IMG/VR virus record: IMGVR_UViG_3300032236_001850
Location: 62,001-126,000 of that record
Reading direction: 5' to 3' (one strand)
DNA: 64,000 nucleotides
In this document: piece after piece, positions 1-9,451 of the stretch
Layout: the number at the start of each line of letters is the position of its first letter
How positions within the stretch are numbered: the stretch's first letter is position 1
Notes under the pieces: model-generated
What the model saw: the letters and a program-made list of their open reading frames with translations, nothing else
Told to the model about the DNA's origin: nothing
Databases searched by the model: none
Made by a program: the position numbers and the translations under genes

Positions 1-61
1 TTTAGGATAAACCTTGAACATGAAAATTTTATTAGTTTAGAAGTTGTAAATCAAAATTAAA

Positions 62-352
62 ATGAGCGAGACAGTAAACAATTATTGGTTCTGTGAAATA
101 GGGCCATTACATGAAGGTGAAAGCGTTGGTGATTGGCCATTGAGAAGAGCAGTAGAGGAAAAATTCAGTGAAGTATTGGGTAGGGATGCATTGACATGTT
201 CCTCCGGTTGGGGTTTAACCTACGAGATTAAGGATGTTATTTCAAGCATAAGACATCTGCATATAACTGACGAATCTGGTGAAAAGTTGAGAAAAATCAA
301 GGAGATATTATACAATAAAGAATATCTAGAGTTTCCAAATCTCGAAAAATAA
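62..352 (+). CDS. hypothetical protein
   Basis: 96 aa ORF, co-oriented with neighbours. Confidence 0.7.
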   Translation: MSETVNNYWFCEIGPLHEGESVGDWPLRRAVEEKFSEVLGRDALTCSSGWGLTYEIKDVISSIRHLHITDESGEKLRKIKEILYNKEYLEFPNLEK

Positions 353-363
353 TTCACAAATAA

Positions 364-396
364 TTTTTTTATATCGAAACTTTTTCATATATTTGC
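364..396 (+). promoter_or_regulatory. early/host-sigma promoter (T-tract-ATATCGAA...TATATTTGC)
   Basis: TATATTTG at 388-395 matches Bacteroidota -7 TAnnTTTG; the same architecture recurs 12 times upstream of + strand operons. Confidence 0.8.
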
Positions 397-430
397 ATTG
401 TTAATTTAAAAACAATTAAAAAATAACAAG

Positions 431-889
431 ATGGCAAAAAGAGAACAAGTATTAGGAAACTTTAAAGCAGTAGAAAAAGAAATTGCAGCAATCGAGTCTG
501 CACCAGCAGTGGTTTATATCACAGCATCAAAATATATCCCGTCAGTTGGGTATGTGGCAGAATTAGCAGACATCAAACAAGTTGTTAAAGCACAAAAGCT
601 TATCAACGAACAAAAAGGTGGTTTGGATGAAGCTGCTAAGGCATTAGGTCTTAGTGAAGACGACTTCCAAGAGGAAGCTGCAACATTCATGGGATTCCCA
701 ATCTCAGTTTGGGAACAAGACATCAAAAATCGTTTGGCTGAACTTAAATCAGAGACGAGACTTGCTAAACTTAAAGTGGCAAGAAAAACTCTTAAGAAAA
801 ACCTTTCCAAAGACGACAAGTTCGAATTGGAAATGGGAGACATCAATGATGTACTTTCAACATTGAATATTGAGGAGGAATCTAACTAA
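431..889 (+). CDS. hypothetical protein
   Basis: 152 aa ORF directly after promoter, followed by terminator. Confidence 0.85.
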   Translation: MAKREQVLGNFKAVEKEIAAIESAPAVVYITASKYIPSVGYVAELADIKQVVKAQKLINEQKGGLDEAAKALGLSEDDFQEEAATFMGFPISVWEQDIKNRLAELKSETRLAKLKVARKTLKKNLSKDDKFELEMGDINDVLSTLNIEEESN

Positions 890-910
890 TCATAGAAATA
901 TTTTATTCAC

Positions 911-940
911 AAGCTGCATCTTTCTGGTGCAGCTTTTTTT
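911..940 (+). terminator. intrinsic terminator
   Basis: AAGCTGCA/TGCAGCTT stem followed by T tract. Confidence 0.8.
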
Positions 941-958
941 AACCATAAATTATTTTCT

Positions 959-1603
959 ATGAAGACAAAGTTAGACAAAGAGTTTGACTTTCCTTCACTT
1001 ACAAACCTGAAAGCTCTCAGAGATGAATCTAAGAGAAGGAAGGAGCTGAAAAAAGAACTCGAAATAGTATCGGATAGTATAGACGACTACATTCAAAAAT
1101 TCATTGAGTGCAGTATGTTTAAATTGAATTCACTCCAGGATTTGGATACTGTGATTGCACCTCAAGACGTTCATAAATTTACACTTCTTGACATACCATT
1201 CAAGAACTTTAAAAAATTGAAATTAGCCTCTGAGATCATTTCGGAAATACTTAAATTAAAGGGTGTTGAATATTGTATGGGGTGGTTTTGTAAAACCCAA
1301 AGAAAGATCGATCCGTTTAAGAACGTGATTTTCGACGATGCTGAACCCTGCTCAATATTTGTGGATTTTCAGAACAAGAGTATGTTTTTCATCCCATCTG
1401 TTATCAATCCAGAAATTGGTGTGAATCACAAGGAAAACAAATTGGTTATAGCATATAGAAAAATGAGGGTTGGTGATCCTTATAACACATCTTCGTGGAA
1501 CCACCCGGTTGATCAAATATATCCATGGCACTATACATTCCATATGAAATGCACTGTTGATATAGACACGTTAAATTTTGAAACTACAGAACAAGGATGG
1601 TAA
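959..1603 (+). CDS. hypothetical protein, tandem paralog family copy 1
   Basis: N-terminus FDFPSLTNLKAL resembles next ORF. Confidence 0.8.
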   Translation: MKTKLDKEFDFPSLTNLKALRDESKRRKELKKELEIVSDSIDDYIQKFIECSMFKLNSLQDLDTVIAPQDVHKFTLLDIPFKNFKKLKLASEIISEILKLKGVEYCMGWFCKTQRKIDPFKNVIFDDAEPCSIFVDFQNKSMFFIPSVINPEIGVNHKENKLVIAYRKMRVGDPYNTSSWNHPVDQIYPWHYTFHMKCTVDIDTLNFETTEQGW

Positions 1604-2184
1604 AAGAAAAAATAATAAAAGAGCTCAAGCAAGAATACGATTTTAAATCTTTAACCGATCTGAAGAAGCTTGTGGAGATAGTTAAGGAGAAAAATGAAGT
1701 TCTTAACATCATAAGAAAATCCGAAATAGAAATCAGAGATTATATTGAGAAATTAGCTGATAGTTTTGAATATGATCTGAATGAAATAGATTCCTATATA
1801 GGTGTTAATAATTTTCCACAATTCTATAAGGACTCCGGGTTATCAGCTAAAGAGATCAAAAGTATAAAATCAATCTCCGAATTAATAAAGGATAATTATT
1901 GGACATCTGATAAACAAAAATATTTTATTGACACTGTTAATAAAAAAATATACATGAGATCTCAGAGATCGGTAATTATTTTTGAAAATGCAATAGTCAT
2001 AAAATACAAGGAAAGAAGAACAAGGTGGGTATGGAAAAAGGTTGACGGCTGGATGAAACATACAGATGAAGATTATGACGTTACGACCATGAGAATCAGA
2101 ATCAATCTAACAACTAACTCAATAGAAGTATCAGAAGATTCAAAGACAGGAATAGGCATCAATCCTAGAGTTAAATCGAATTAA
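1597..2184 (+). CDS. hypothetical protein, tandem paralog family copy 2
   Basis: YDFKSLTDLKKL N-terminal motif; overlaps upstream stop. Confidence 0.8.
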   Translation: MVKEKIIKELKQEYDFKSLTDLKKLVEIVKEKNEVLNIIRKSEIEIRDYIEKLADSFEYDLNEIDSYIGVNNFPQFYKDSGLSAKEIKSIKSISELIKDNYWTSDKQKYFIDTVNKKIYMRSQRSVIIFENAIVIKYKERRTRWVWKKVDGWMKHTDEDYDVTTMRIRINLTTNSIEVSEDSKTGIGINPRVKSN

Positions 2185-2188
2185 TATT

Positions 2189-2725
2189 ATGATAACTAAA
2201 GAAAAACCTATAAAGATAAATCCAATCAAAGCTCCAGCTGATTTCAACGATCTGTTGGATCTACAAGATCTTAAGACACAAATGAGTGTCTTAGAGCATC
2301 TACAAAATAATCTGAAGAAGTACCAATTGGATTTTGTTAAATCATTTATCAAGACATCCCAGGAGGTAATAGATTGTATTCCACCAGAAAATCTTGGGGA
2401 TTATGAGATCTTTGATTATGATTTTAGTAATGTCGATAGCGTCAAAGAGTTTCTGAAATCCGGAAAAAACTGGGTGGTGAATCACAGGGATAAAAGAATG
2501 ATGGAAATCACTGAACCAGAGGAACTTAAATTCAAAATGAATGACAATATTCTTCTAGCAAGCGACAAGAGGGTTCTGAGGATAAACAAACAGGCATATT
2601 ACAGAATAGTTTATTTCAACGAGCTCAGAAGAGACGTTAGAATGTCATTTAGATTTGACACCAATGAATTAATCGATTGTAGTGATTATAGCTACGTAAG
2701 TGAAGGAAAGACAGAAAAATGGTAA
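2189..2725 (+). CDS. hypothetical protein, tandem paralog family copy 3
   Basis: KAPADFNDLLDLQDL...YQLDFVKSFIKTSQE. Confidence 0.8.
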   Translation: MITKEKPIKINPIKAPADFNDLLDLQDLKTQMSVLEHLQNNLKKYQLDFVKSFIKTSQEVIDCIPPENLGDYEIFDYDFSNVDSVKEFLKSGKNWVVNHRDKRMMEITEPEELKFKMNDNILLASDKRVLRINKQAYYRIVYFNELRRDVRMSFRFDTNELIDCSDYSYVSEGKTEKW

Positions 2726-3369
2726 AAGAGGAAACGGTAAAAGTAAAGCTTCTAAAGTCACCTGCTGACTTCACAGAGCTTCTAAATATGCAGACGTTGC
2801 AAATGCAACTTGATGTATTTGAACTGATTAAGAAAAATCTTGAAAGCTATCAGGAGAAATTCTTTGAATCTTTCACTAAATCAGGTAAAGAGATTCTGGG
2901 ATATATTCCAGTGGATGAACACGAAAAGTGGTTTAAACAATTCAAGGACGAGGATTGCAAAAATCTTGAACAGTACCTTAGAGAGAATGAAAGATCCTGG
3001 GAGAAGGGTAAAAGGGATCTTCAATGGAGTCTTATGCGTGAGGACATATCAGAGGTTGAATACACAAAACTTCTCAAGAACATGAAATTTACCTGGGACA
3101 GGAGGTACATAGTTGACACCAAGAACAAGAAATTAATCCAATTGGACTATGGAGAAAGAAGAGGACATCAGCACTATTCCTGCAAGATTAAATATAAAAG
3201 AAACGGAAAGGATAAACTAACGGTCCAATTTGCTTATGAGTGGACTCCGTGGCACAATAACAGAGGACCAAGTCAAACAAGAAATACTTACTACCATTTC
3301 GACCTTGTAAACAACACCTATATTGGGATGTCGGAGGACAATGGTAATCAAGGTTATGGATGGGGATAA
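2719..3369 (+). CDS. hypothetical protein, tandem paralog family copy 4
   Basis: KSPADFTELLNMQTL...YQEKFFESFTKSGKE, clear paralog of copy 3. Confidence 0.8.
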   Translation: MVKEETVKVKLLKSPADFTELLNMQTLQMQLDVFELIKKNLESYQEKFFESFTKSGKEILGYIPVDEHEKWFKQFKDEDCKNLEQYLRENERSWEKGKRDLQWSLMREDISEVEYTKLLKNMKFTWDRRYIVDTKNKKLIQLDYGERRGHQHYSCKIKYKRNGKDKLTVQFAYEWTPWHNNRGPSQTRNTYYHFDLVNNTYIGMSEDNGNQGYGWG

Positions 3370-3385
3370 AATAAATCAAAATAAA

Positions 3386-3418
3386 TTTTTATATCTCGAA
3401 TCAAAATCATACATTTGC
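3386..3418 (+). promoter_or_regulatory. early/host-sigma promoter
   Basis: TTTTTATATCTCGAA...TACATTTGC. Confidence 0.75.
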
Positions 3419-3440
3419 AATATAATTTAATAAAAAGATC

Positions 3441-3872
3441 ATGGCATCGGAAATGTTAGAAAAGATGAGAGCTTTCATGGAATCTCCAGAGGGTGTAGCT
3501 TCAATTGAAAGAATGAAGGCCAAAATGCAGAGGGAAGAGGACAGGAAGCGTAGAGCCTTCGAGTATATCGAGAGCCTATCCAGAGAGGAATTCGAATCCA
3601 AGCTGGCAAAAGAAATTGCTAGACATGATGATGCATACGAAAGAAGATGTTACGCTAAAGGCCACATGCCGCATCCAAGAAATCTGATGTACTTTGTATT
3701 CAATGCTGCTGAAATAGGCGGAAGACCTTATAACAAACAACTTGACAGCTTCGATGCAAGTTTTGGTGGTGGATCTATTAAATATAGAGGTCACTACTTC
3801 AATTGGATATTTGGACAGGGAACTGTTCTAAGAATATTCAATCCAAAAAAAGAATGTATTTTTTCACTATAA
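3441..3872 (+). CDS. hypothetical protein
   Basis: 143 aa ORF after promoter. Confidence 0.8.
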   Translation: MASEMLEKMRAFMESPEGVASIERMKAKMQREEDRKRRAFEYIESLSREEFESKLAKEIARHDDAYERRCYAKGHMPHPRNLMYFVFNAAEIGGRPYNKQLDSFDASFGGGSIKYRGHYFNWIFGQGTVLRIFNPKKECIFSL

Positions 3873-3883
3873 AACCAAATAAA

Positions 3884-4081
3884 ATGGCAGTAACTAAACA
3901 AAAATTTTTAATTACCTCAAGTGGTAAAATTAATGCTCAGGAAGAAGTTGACGCTGTTCTGAATGACGGATGGAGAATCATCTCAGTAACACCAAGAGCA
4001 GTATCGACCGGTAAATCCGGCGTAACCGAGCATGGTGCATTCGGAATTCTATTTGAAAAATTCTTTCCGGAAGAAAATTAA
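3884..4081 (+). CDS. small hypothetical protein (DUF4177-like)
   Basis: Start reassigned to ATG 3884 (MAVTKQKF); LNDGWRIISV motif typical of DUF4177-like proteins. Confidence 0.55.
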   Translation: MAVTKQKFLITSSGKINAQEEVDAVLNDGWRIISVTPRAVSTGKSGVTEHGAFGILFEKFFPEEN

Positions 4082-4086
4082 CGGAC

Positions 4087-4329
4087 ATGGAAGATTCCTC
4101 TCAAAATCTAGAAATTCACGAGGCAGCGGATAGAATATATCCACTGATGGCCAATTACAGCTTTGATGCACAGGAAGAGATTATAAGGGATTTGCTGAGG
4201 GTGATCTACACAAGAAAACTCGATAGTAAAAAATATCATAAAGAGCATCTGGATATAGCAACAGAGCAATCGGAAAAAATGAAAGAAAAATACCCATTTA
4301 TATTTATAAAACAGGATGAAAAACTTTAG
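4087..4329 (+). CDS. hypothetical protein
   Basis: 80 aa ORF in operon. Confidence 0.7.
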   Translation: MEDSSQNLEIHEAADRIYPLMANYSFDAQEEIIRDLLRVIYTRKLDSKKYHKEHLDIATEQSEKMKEKYPFIFIKQDEKL

Positions 4330-5164
4330 CCTTGGTGATCGTATGAAGGAATTCTACGAAGACCGTTTTAGATATTATGTTCCACGCAGAACATACACAT
4401 TAATCAGAATTGACGGGAAAGCCTTCCACACCTACACAAAAGGTTTGGAGTCACCATTTGATGCAGGATTAATTGCAGACATGAATGAGACTACTGCCTA
4501 CCTTTGTAAAAATATTCAAGGTGCAAAATTTGGCTATGTTCAATCGGATGAGATCAGCATACTTATTACTGATTTTGATGAGAGAGACACCCAGATGTGG
4601 TTTGACGGAAATCTACAAAAGATGGCTTCTGTTGCAGCTTCTATGGCTACATCAAAATTCAACGAATTAAGAGTAGTCAGAGTCCTTAGAAAATACGAAT
4701 GCCAATTTGATACACCATTACAAATGGACACCGATTCGATATTAGAATTTCTTTCTAAGATTAAAAAAGCGGAGTTCGATGCTAGAGTATTTCAGATTCC
4801 ACAAAAAAGCGAGGTTGAGAACTATTTCATCTTCAGACAACAAGACGGTACCAGAAACTCCGTCCAGTCGGTTGCTCAGAGCCTATATTCACAAAGTGAA
4901 TTAAATGGCAAGAAGGAGAAGGATATGCAGGAGATGATTTTTCAAAAAGGTATCAACTGGAATGATTACCACTTCAGAGAAAAAAGAGGTGGAATTATTG
5001 CTAAGGTTCCGACAATGATGGAGGGTAAGAATGGTCAGGTTGAAAGACTGAAATGGCAAATGATTCCAACTCCTATATTCACTCAGGAGAGAGAATTCAT
5101 GGACATTATGATTCCAGAGTTTGAAATTAAATCACCTAAATCTGAAGAAGTTGAGGTACAATAG
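4316..5164 (+). CDS. thg1: tRNA-His guanylyltransferase Thg1-like 3'-5' polymerase
   Basis: Motifs IRIDGKAFHTYT, YVQSDEISIL, FDARVF, YFIFRQQD, GINWNDY. Confidence 0.92.
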   Translation: MKNFSLGDRMKEFYEDRFRYYVPRRTYTLIRIDGKAFHTYTKGLESPFDAGLIADMNETTAYLCKNIQGAKFGYVQSDEISILITDFDERDTQMWFDGNLQKMASVAASMATSKFNELRVVRVLRKYECQFDTPLQMDTDSILEFLSKIKKAEFDARVFQIPQKSEVENYFIFRQQDGTRNSVQSVAQSLYSQSELNGKKEKDMQEMIFQKGINWNDYHFREKRGGIIAKVPTMMEGKNGQVERLKWQMIPTPIFTQEREFMDIMIPEFEIKSPKSEEVEVQ

Positions 5165-5390
5165 CATAAATGAAATAGTGTCTTCTCCAGAATGGAAGGA
5201 GTTCATTGATCTTGAAAATAAAGCAGCCGAGGAAAGATTAGCTAACATGACACTCAGAGAAAGAATGGCAGAGGCCATTGATAACATGACAGGACCACAG
5301 GATGGAGAACTAACCATGATTACTGGCAAGTCACAAAGTGGATCTTCGATGATACAAAAATTCTTAGAAAAATACCAAAAAGATGTATAA
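5121..5390 (+). CDS. small hypothetical protein (start uncertain), degenerate helicase-like P-loop segment
   Basis: TGPQDGELTMITGKSQSGSS loosely resembles the DnaB/gp41 Walker A region; true start probably GTG 5179 or ATG 5248. Confidence 0.45.
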   Translation: MKLNHLNLKKLRYNSINEIVSSPEWKEFIDLENKAAEERLANMTLRERMAEAIDNMTGPQDGELTMITGKSQSGSSMIQKFLEKYQKDV

Positions 5391-5643
5391 ACCAAAATAT
5401 ATTATAGCAGACGGAAGTGCAATCATTTTCTCTGCAGCGATAACACATTCCACCATGGCTAGAGGAATGGGTAGAATAGATGGAGCTGGATTTGTTGATT
5501 TTCAAACTGAGGTCGACAGCTTTGGTGAAACCATAATTAAAGCTGTTGCTTACGGTGAGAGCACCTCATTGGACATAAAATCAAGACCCATAGAGGATTC
5601 AGCAATCCTGACAAGACAAATAACAAACGTATTCGGATATTAA
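5383..5643 (+). CDS. hypothetical protein
   Basis: 86 aa ORF, translationally coupled. Confidence 0.75.
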   Translation: MYKPKYIIADGSAIIFSAAITHSTMARGMGRIDGAGFVDFQTEVDSFGETIIKAVAYGESTSLDIKSRPIEDSAILTRQITNVFGY

Positions 5644-5644
5644 T

Positions 5645-6061
5645 ATGACCATATCCATAGCTCAAGCTGATGTACCCAATCTAGTTGGTAACATTTACAC
5701 CAAAGAGGCAATAACTCAAATGTATGAGCAATGCAAGAGTGCGATGGAGAATGGTTTTTTCGGAGGTGTTATACGGGATGACGGCGTTAGTCCACTTGAT
5801 CTATCAAAAGTGACACACCAGGTAAATCAGGTCGATGTGATTGATGGATTTTTAGTTGCTGATGTTTCTTTTATGAGCACACCAGATGGTGAGATTGCTA
5901 GAAACATGGTTGAATCCGCGGCTGGTGTTATAAGACCCACAATTCACGGTACTCTTGATCCAGTAACAAAGGAAATTAAGGTGGCTAAAGTAGTAAGTTT
6001 CGATGTGATACAATACCATGACGATTTTAGATTACATATAACTTGGAAACAAATAAAATAA
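5645..6061 (+). CDS. degenerate T4 gp21-like prohead protease paralog
   Basis: NLVGNIYTKE...LDLSKVTHQV...STPDGEIARNMV aligns by eye to gp21-like NRNGRxYP...LxxVSHxI...TPxGxIxxxL; catalytic His/Ser positions not conserved. Confidence 0.6.
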   Translation: MTISIAQADVPNLVGNIYTKEAITQMYEQCKSAMENGFFGGVIRDDGVSPLDLSKVTHQVNQVDVIDGFLVADVSFMSTPDGEIARNMVESAAGVIRPTIHGTLDPVTKEIKVAKVVSFDVIQYHDDFRLHITWKQIK

Positions 6062-6062
6062 A

Positions 6063-6437
6063 ATGACAGATAAAATATTTCTTTTTATTCTGCTAATACA
6101 CTTTCTAGCAGATTTCGCATTACAAACTGACGATCAAGCAAAGGGTAAAAGCACAGATCCAAAATGGTTAACCTACCACGTTGCTGTTTATTCTGTGATA
6201 TGGTTGATGGCTTCCTGGTTTTATTTTGGAGATTTCAGACAAGCAGCATTCTTTGCAATTGTCACTTTCATCTCCCACTGGTTTACCGATTTCATTACCA
6301 GCAGAATAGGAAAGCCTTTCTGGGACAAAGGTGATTACCACAATGGGTTCGTTGTTGTTGGGTTTGATCAGATCCTACATTATCTTCAATTATGGTACAC
6401 ATTTAAAATCATATTGGAAATAAATGGGACAATATAA
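6063..6437 (+). CDS. DUF3307-like membrane protein
   Basis: LIHFLADFALQT, H..V, SHWFTD, GFDQILH motifs. Confidence 0.75.
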   Translation: MTDKIFLFILLIHFLADFALQTDDQAKGKSTDPKWLTYHVAVYSVIWLMASWFYFGDFRQAAFFAIVTFISHWFTDFITSRIGKPFWDKGDYHNGFVVVGFDQILHYLQLWYTFKIILEINGTI

Positions 6438-6663
6438 CGAGAATCACAAGAAAAAGAAAATCAAAAAGGAGATACAAAAGTGTATAGAATCTCCCGAATA
6501 TTTTCGAGAAAACTATATTGGAATTATTGATCCAGAGACCTACGAGAAGGCATTTCCAAAAATAAAGGAAGGCTTTGAGGGCAAGGTGATAATAACATCA
6601 ACACCTAACGGAGACACACATTTTAAGGACCTTTGGGAAAAAAGCAAAAAAGATTCGGAATAA
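6424..6663 (+). CDS. 79 aa terminase-large-subunit-like miniprotein
   Basis: IQKCIESPEYFRENYI (gp17-like N-terminus) fused to KVIITSTPNGDTHFKDLW (gp17 ATPase coupling region). Confidence 0.6.
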   Translation: MGQYNENHKKKKIKKEIQKCIESPEYFRENYIGIIDPETYEKAFPKIKEGFEGKVIITSTPNGDTHFKDLWEKSKKDSE

Positions 6664-6664
6664 A

Positions 6665-6697
6665 TTTTTTTATTTCGAATCTTTTTTTTATATTTGC
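6665..6697 (+). promoter_or_regulatory. early/host-sigma promoter
   Basis: TTTTTTTATTTCGAA...TATATTTGC. Confidence 0.8.
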
Positions 6698-6712
6698 ATA
6701 TAATTTAATGAT

Positions 6713-7459
6713 ATGAACGAAGAATTATTTAATAAAGCACTTCCCAAATGGCCAGCAATAGTAGTTGTTGGTGAACCTGTCACTGAACAACAAGCCATGG
6801 CTATCAATGTTATGACAGACAGATTTAGTTTCTGCACAAATGACAGAAAGTTTGAAAAACAAATTCATAAATTGATCTATGAAGTTGATGAATCCTGGAG
6901 CGATCTCACTGATGCACTCAAGGAAAAACACAACACTGATTTCAATGGAGCATGGGACATAAAAGAATCAATCTCAAAAAAATACGGAGCTCTAGAACTT
7001 AACTACATGAGTAATTCCAGAATCGTTTCTTCATGGCTTGGCGGACCACACGGATGGTGCAACTGGGACGGCACAATAGGATCAAGCAACTATAATATTG
7101 GTAAATGGCCTAGTGTTCGCGATGTTTATGAAGACTGCGTTAAGATAGCAGAAGCCTTTCCTTTCCTTAATATGAAAGTGCAATTGATGAACCAGGAGGC
7201 TGGAGAAGACGACGAACAACTGGAAGTCATTGTTGAGTACTCAATAAAAGATGGCGAAGTCGACATGTACGAACCAACAGAAATTCTAAAAACCCCTGCC
7301 TTTGGTAGTGCTGATATGTATGCCAGATTTAATAATCCACATGCCGAAAGAGGATGCACAATAGAAAAACTGGAGGAAGCTCTGAAAGTTAGTGAATTAT
7401 ATTCGTCAACCAAAGAGAGACTATACAAAAACGAATTTTGGAACAAATTAGAATCATAA
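6713..7459 (+). CDS. hypothetical protein
   Basis: 248 aa ORF after promoter. Confidence 0.85.
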   Translation: MNEELFNKALPKWPAIVVVGEPVTEQQAMAINVMTDRFSFCTNDRKFEKQIHKLIYEVDESWSDLTDALKEKHNTDFNGAWDIKESISKKYGALELNYMSNSRIVSSWLGGPHGWCNWDGTIGSSNYNIGKWPSVRDVYEDCVKIAEAFPFLNMKVQLMNQEAGEDDEQLEVIVEYSIKDGEVDMYEPTEILKTPAFGSADMYARFNNPHAERGCTIEKLEEALKVSELYSSTKERLYKNEFWNKLES

Positions 7460-7471
7460 AAAATAAAAGCA

Positions 7472-8404
7472 ATGGTATTAAATCTTTCTGAACCGTGCAG
7501 CTACGGTATCAAATTCAAAGTCTCTAAATTTCCTGATGGACAACAAGCCATCACTATATTAGAGGGAGAAGTTCTCAAATACAACATGTTTGAGAAATTG
7601 GAACCCGTGGTAATAAAATCAAGAATAACATCCTTCTTGGATCTTGAGTTAGTTATCTGTGCAAATAGAGCTCTTAAGGAACTTGGTGTTAAAGAAACTT
7701 CACTCGAGATATCATATTTATTGGGTGCAAGATCCGATAGAAAATTCGAAACCGGAAGCGTTAATTACATCAAGGAGATACTTGCTCCAATCATCAACGC
7801 ACAGAATTTTTCAAGAGTAACGGTACTTGATCCACATTCGGACGTAACTGAAGCGTGTATCAACAACTTCAAAAAGGAAACTCAATGGAGTCAAGGGTTG
7901 ATAACATTTGTGCTACGTGATTATTTCGTCGGTGGAAGCACGGACTATTCCAAAATGAGATTAGTATCTCCGGATGCTGGTGCTCTTAAGAAAGTTTATG
8001 ATGTTGCCGAGTCTATCGGGTATAGTCACGACATAGTTATAGCATCGAAACACAGAGATGTTAAAACTGGAAAAATCACACACACTGATGTTCCAATCTC
8101 GGTACATGACGTGGATAAAGATTTCTTCATACTGGATGATATTTGTGACGGTGGTAGAACCTTTATCGAGATTGCTAAGGCAATCAAAACGAAACAATCA
8201 ATTTCCAGCGCGGTTCATCCAGAGAATCACGGTAAGATTTTTCTGGTTGTAACACATGGAATATTCTCAGCAGGTTTAAAACCACTAAATGAATATTTCG
8301 ATGGTATTTATACAACGAATAGCTATGTTGATATGGCTGATCCTGAATTCTCATTAAGAAACGATAATGAGATGCACAAACTTAAACAATTAAAAGTTAT
8401 CTAA
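7472..8404 (+). CDS. prs: ribose-phosphate pyrophosphokinase family protein (PRS or NARP1 Adps-like)
   Basis: KFPDGQ, YLLGARSDRKF, LDPHSDV, VSPDAGALK, ILDDICDGGRTF, VTHGIFS. Confidence 0.9.
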   Translation: MVLNLSEPCSYGIKFKVSKFPDGQQAITILEGEVLKYNMFEKLEPVVIKSRITSFLDLELVICANRALKELGVKETSLEISYLLGARSDRKFETGSVNYIKEILAPIINAQNFSRVTVLDPHSDVTEACINNFKKETQWSQGLITFVLRDYFVGGSTDYSKMRLVSPDAGALKKVYDVAESIGYSHDIVIASKHRDVKTGKITHTDVPISVHDVDKDFFILDDICDGGRTFIEIAKAIKTKQSISSAVHPENHGKIFLVVTHGIFSAGLKPLNEYFDGIYTTNSYVDMADPEFSLRNDNEMHKLKQLKVI

Positions 8405-8405
8405 T

Positions 8406-8624
8406 ATGGTTAATGCAGAAGAAATTTTCGGTGGGTTTTTTAAATTGGTTGTAGCCGTAATCATCTTTGTATTTTTGGTCGCAGGGGCTTTAGGTATTTT
8501 TTTAGGCAATACAATTTGGGGTAATTCTGAATTTATAGAATCTAAAACAAAAATTGAACCAGCTATCAAATTAACAACTGACGGTAAAAAAGTTGACACG
8601 TTATACGTTTATAAAATAAAATAA
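8406..8624 (+). CDS. small membrane protein
   Basis: One hydrophobic helix, 72 aa. Confidence 0.7.
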   Translation: MVNAEEIFGGFFKLVVAVIIFVFLVAGALGIFLGNTIWGNSEFIESKTKIEPAIKLTTDGKKVDTLYVYKIK

Positions 8625-8626
8625 AA

Positions 8627-8887
8627 ATGAAAGGCATGTTAGAGATTATCATATTGGGAATTGTGTTAGTACTAGGATTCCTATTTATAGGAGACACTGA
8701 AATCACATTCTCTCCGTTCACCTTCAAAATGAATGCTCCATTAAATGCAGCAGGTTGGATCCTATTGTCAATTGGTGTTGCATTAATAAGTGCGAACGCT
8801 AGACAAAAAGGACGCAGAGAGGCTATTGATAACATCGTGGTTCACATCGATAGTAAAGGGACAACTAAACCGGAAGATCTTAAATAA
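8627..8887 (+). CDS. small membrane protein
   Basis: Two hydrophobic segments, 86 aa. Confidence 0.7.
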   Translation: MKGMLEIIILGIVLVLGFLFIGDTEITFSPFTFKMNAPLNAAGWILLSIGVALISANARQKGRREAIDNIVVHIDSKGTTKPEDLK

Positions 8888-9441
8888 TGGGAGCTGCTGT
8901 TTTAGGACACTCGGAGGAGAAACCAATCCACCCAGCATATCGGGAAGTAGTTGGTAATCTAATAACCATGGCACAACAAGGTAAATTCCAGGTGATCACA
9001 CACGGATGCAATTGTTTCTGTACCATGAGAGCTGGAATAGCTCCACAGATGGCTAAGGCTTTCGGATGTGACAAGTTTCCAATGGAAGGTCATCAACATA
9101 GAGGTGATTACAACAAACTCGGACAGATTGATTGGAAGATTAACACCTACACTGGTGGAACTGGTGAATTTGATTTTTTTGAATTTGACTTAGCTGTTGT
9201 TAATTTGTATTCCCAATATGGATTTGGACTAAATCATGATGGCGGGACAGCTAGACCTATCGATTATGATGCCCTCAGATTGGGCCTCAGAAAAATAAAC
9301 CATCAATTCAAAGGTAGACACGTAGGACTCCCGAAAATAGGCGCAAAACTCGCGGGTGGAGATTGGGAGATTATAAAGGTGATCATCCAAGAGGAACTGA
9401 AAGATTGTAAAGTAACCGTTGTAATATACGATAAAGAATAA
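8887..9441 (+). CDS. macrodomain (ADP-ribose binding/hydrolase) protein
   Basis: VITHGCNCFCTMRAGIAPQMAKAF, VVNLYSQY, GLPKIGAKLAGGDW. Confidence 0.88.
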   Translation: MGAAVLGHSEEKPIHPAYREVVGNLITMAQQGKFQVITHGCNCFCTMRAGIAPQMAKAFGCDKFPMEGHQHRGDYNKLGQIDWKINTYTGGTGEFDFFEFDLAVVNLYSQYGFGLNHDGGTARPIDYDALRLGLRKINHQFKGRHVGLPKIGAKLAGGDWEIIKVIIQEELKDCKVTVVIYDKE

Positions 9442-9451
9442 AAAATTAAAC

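Noticed and set aside
5162-5173. Amber readthrough extension of Thg1
   Set aside because: The TAG is followed by only two codons before TGA; no fusion is produced.
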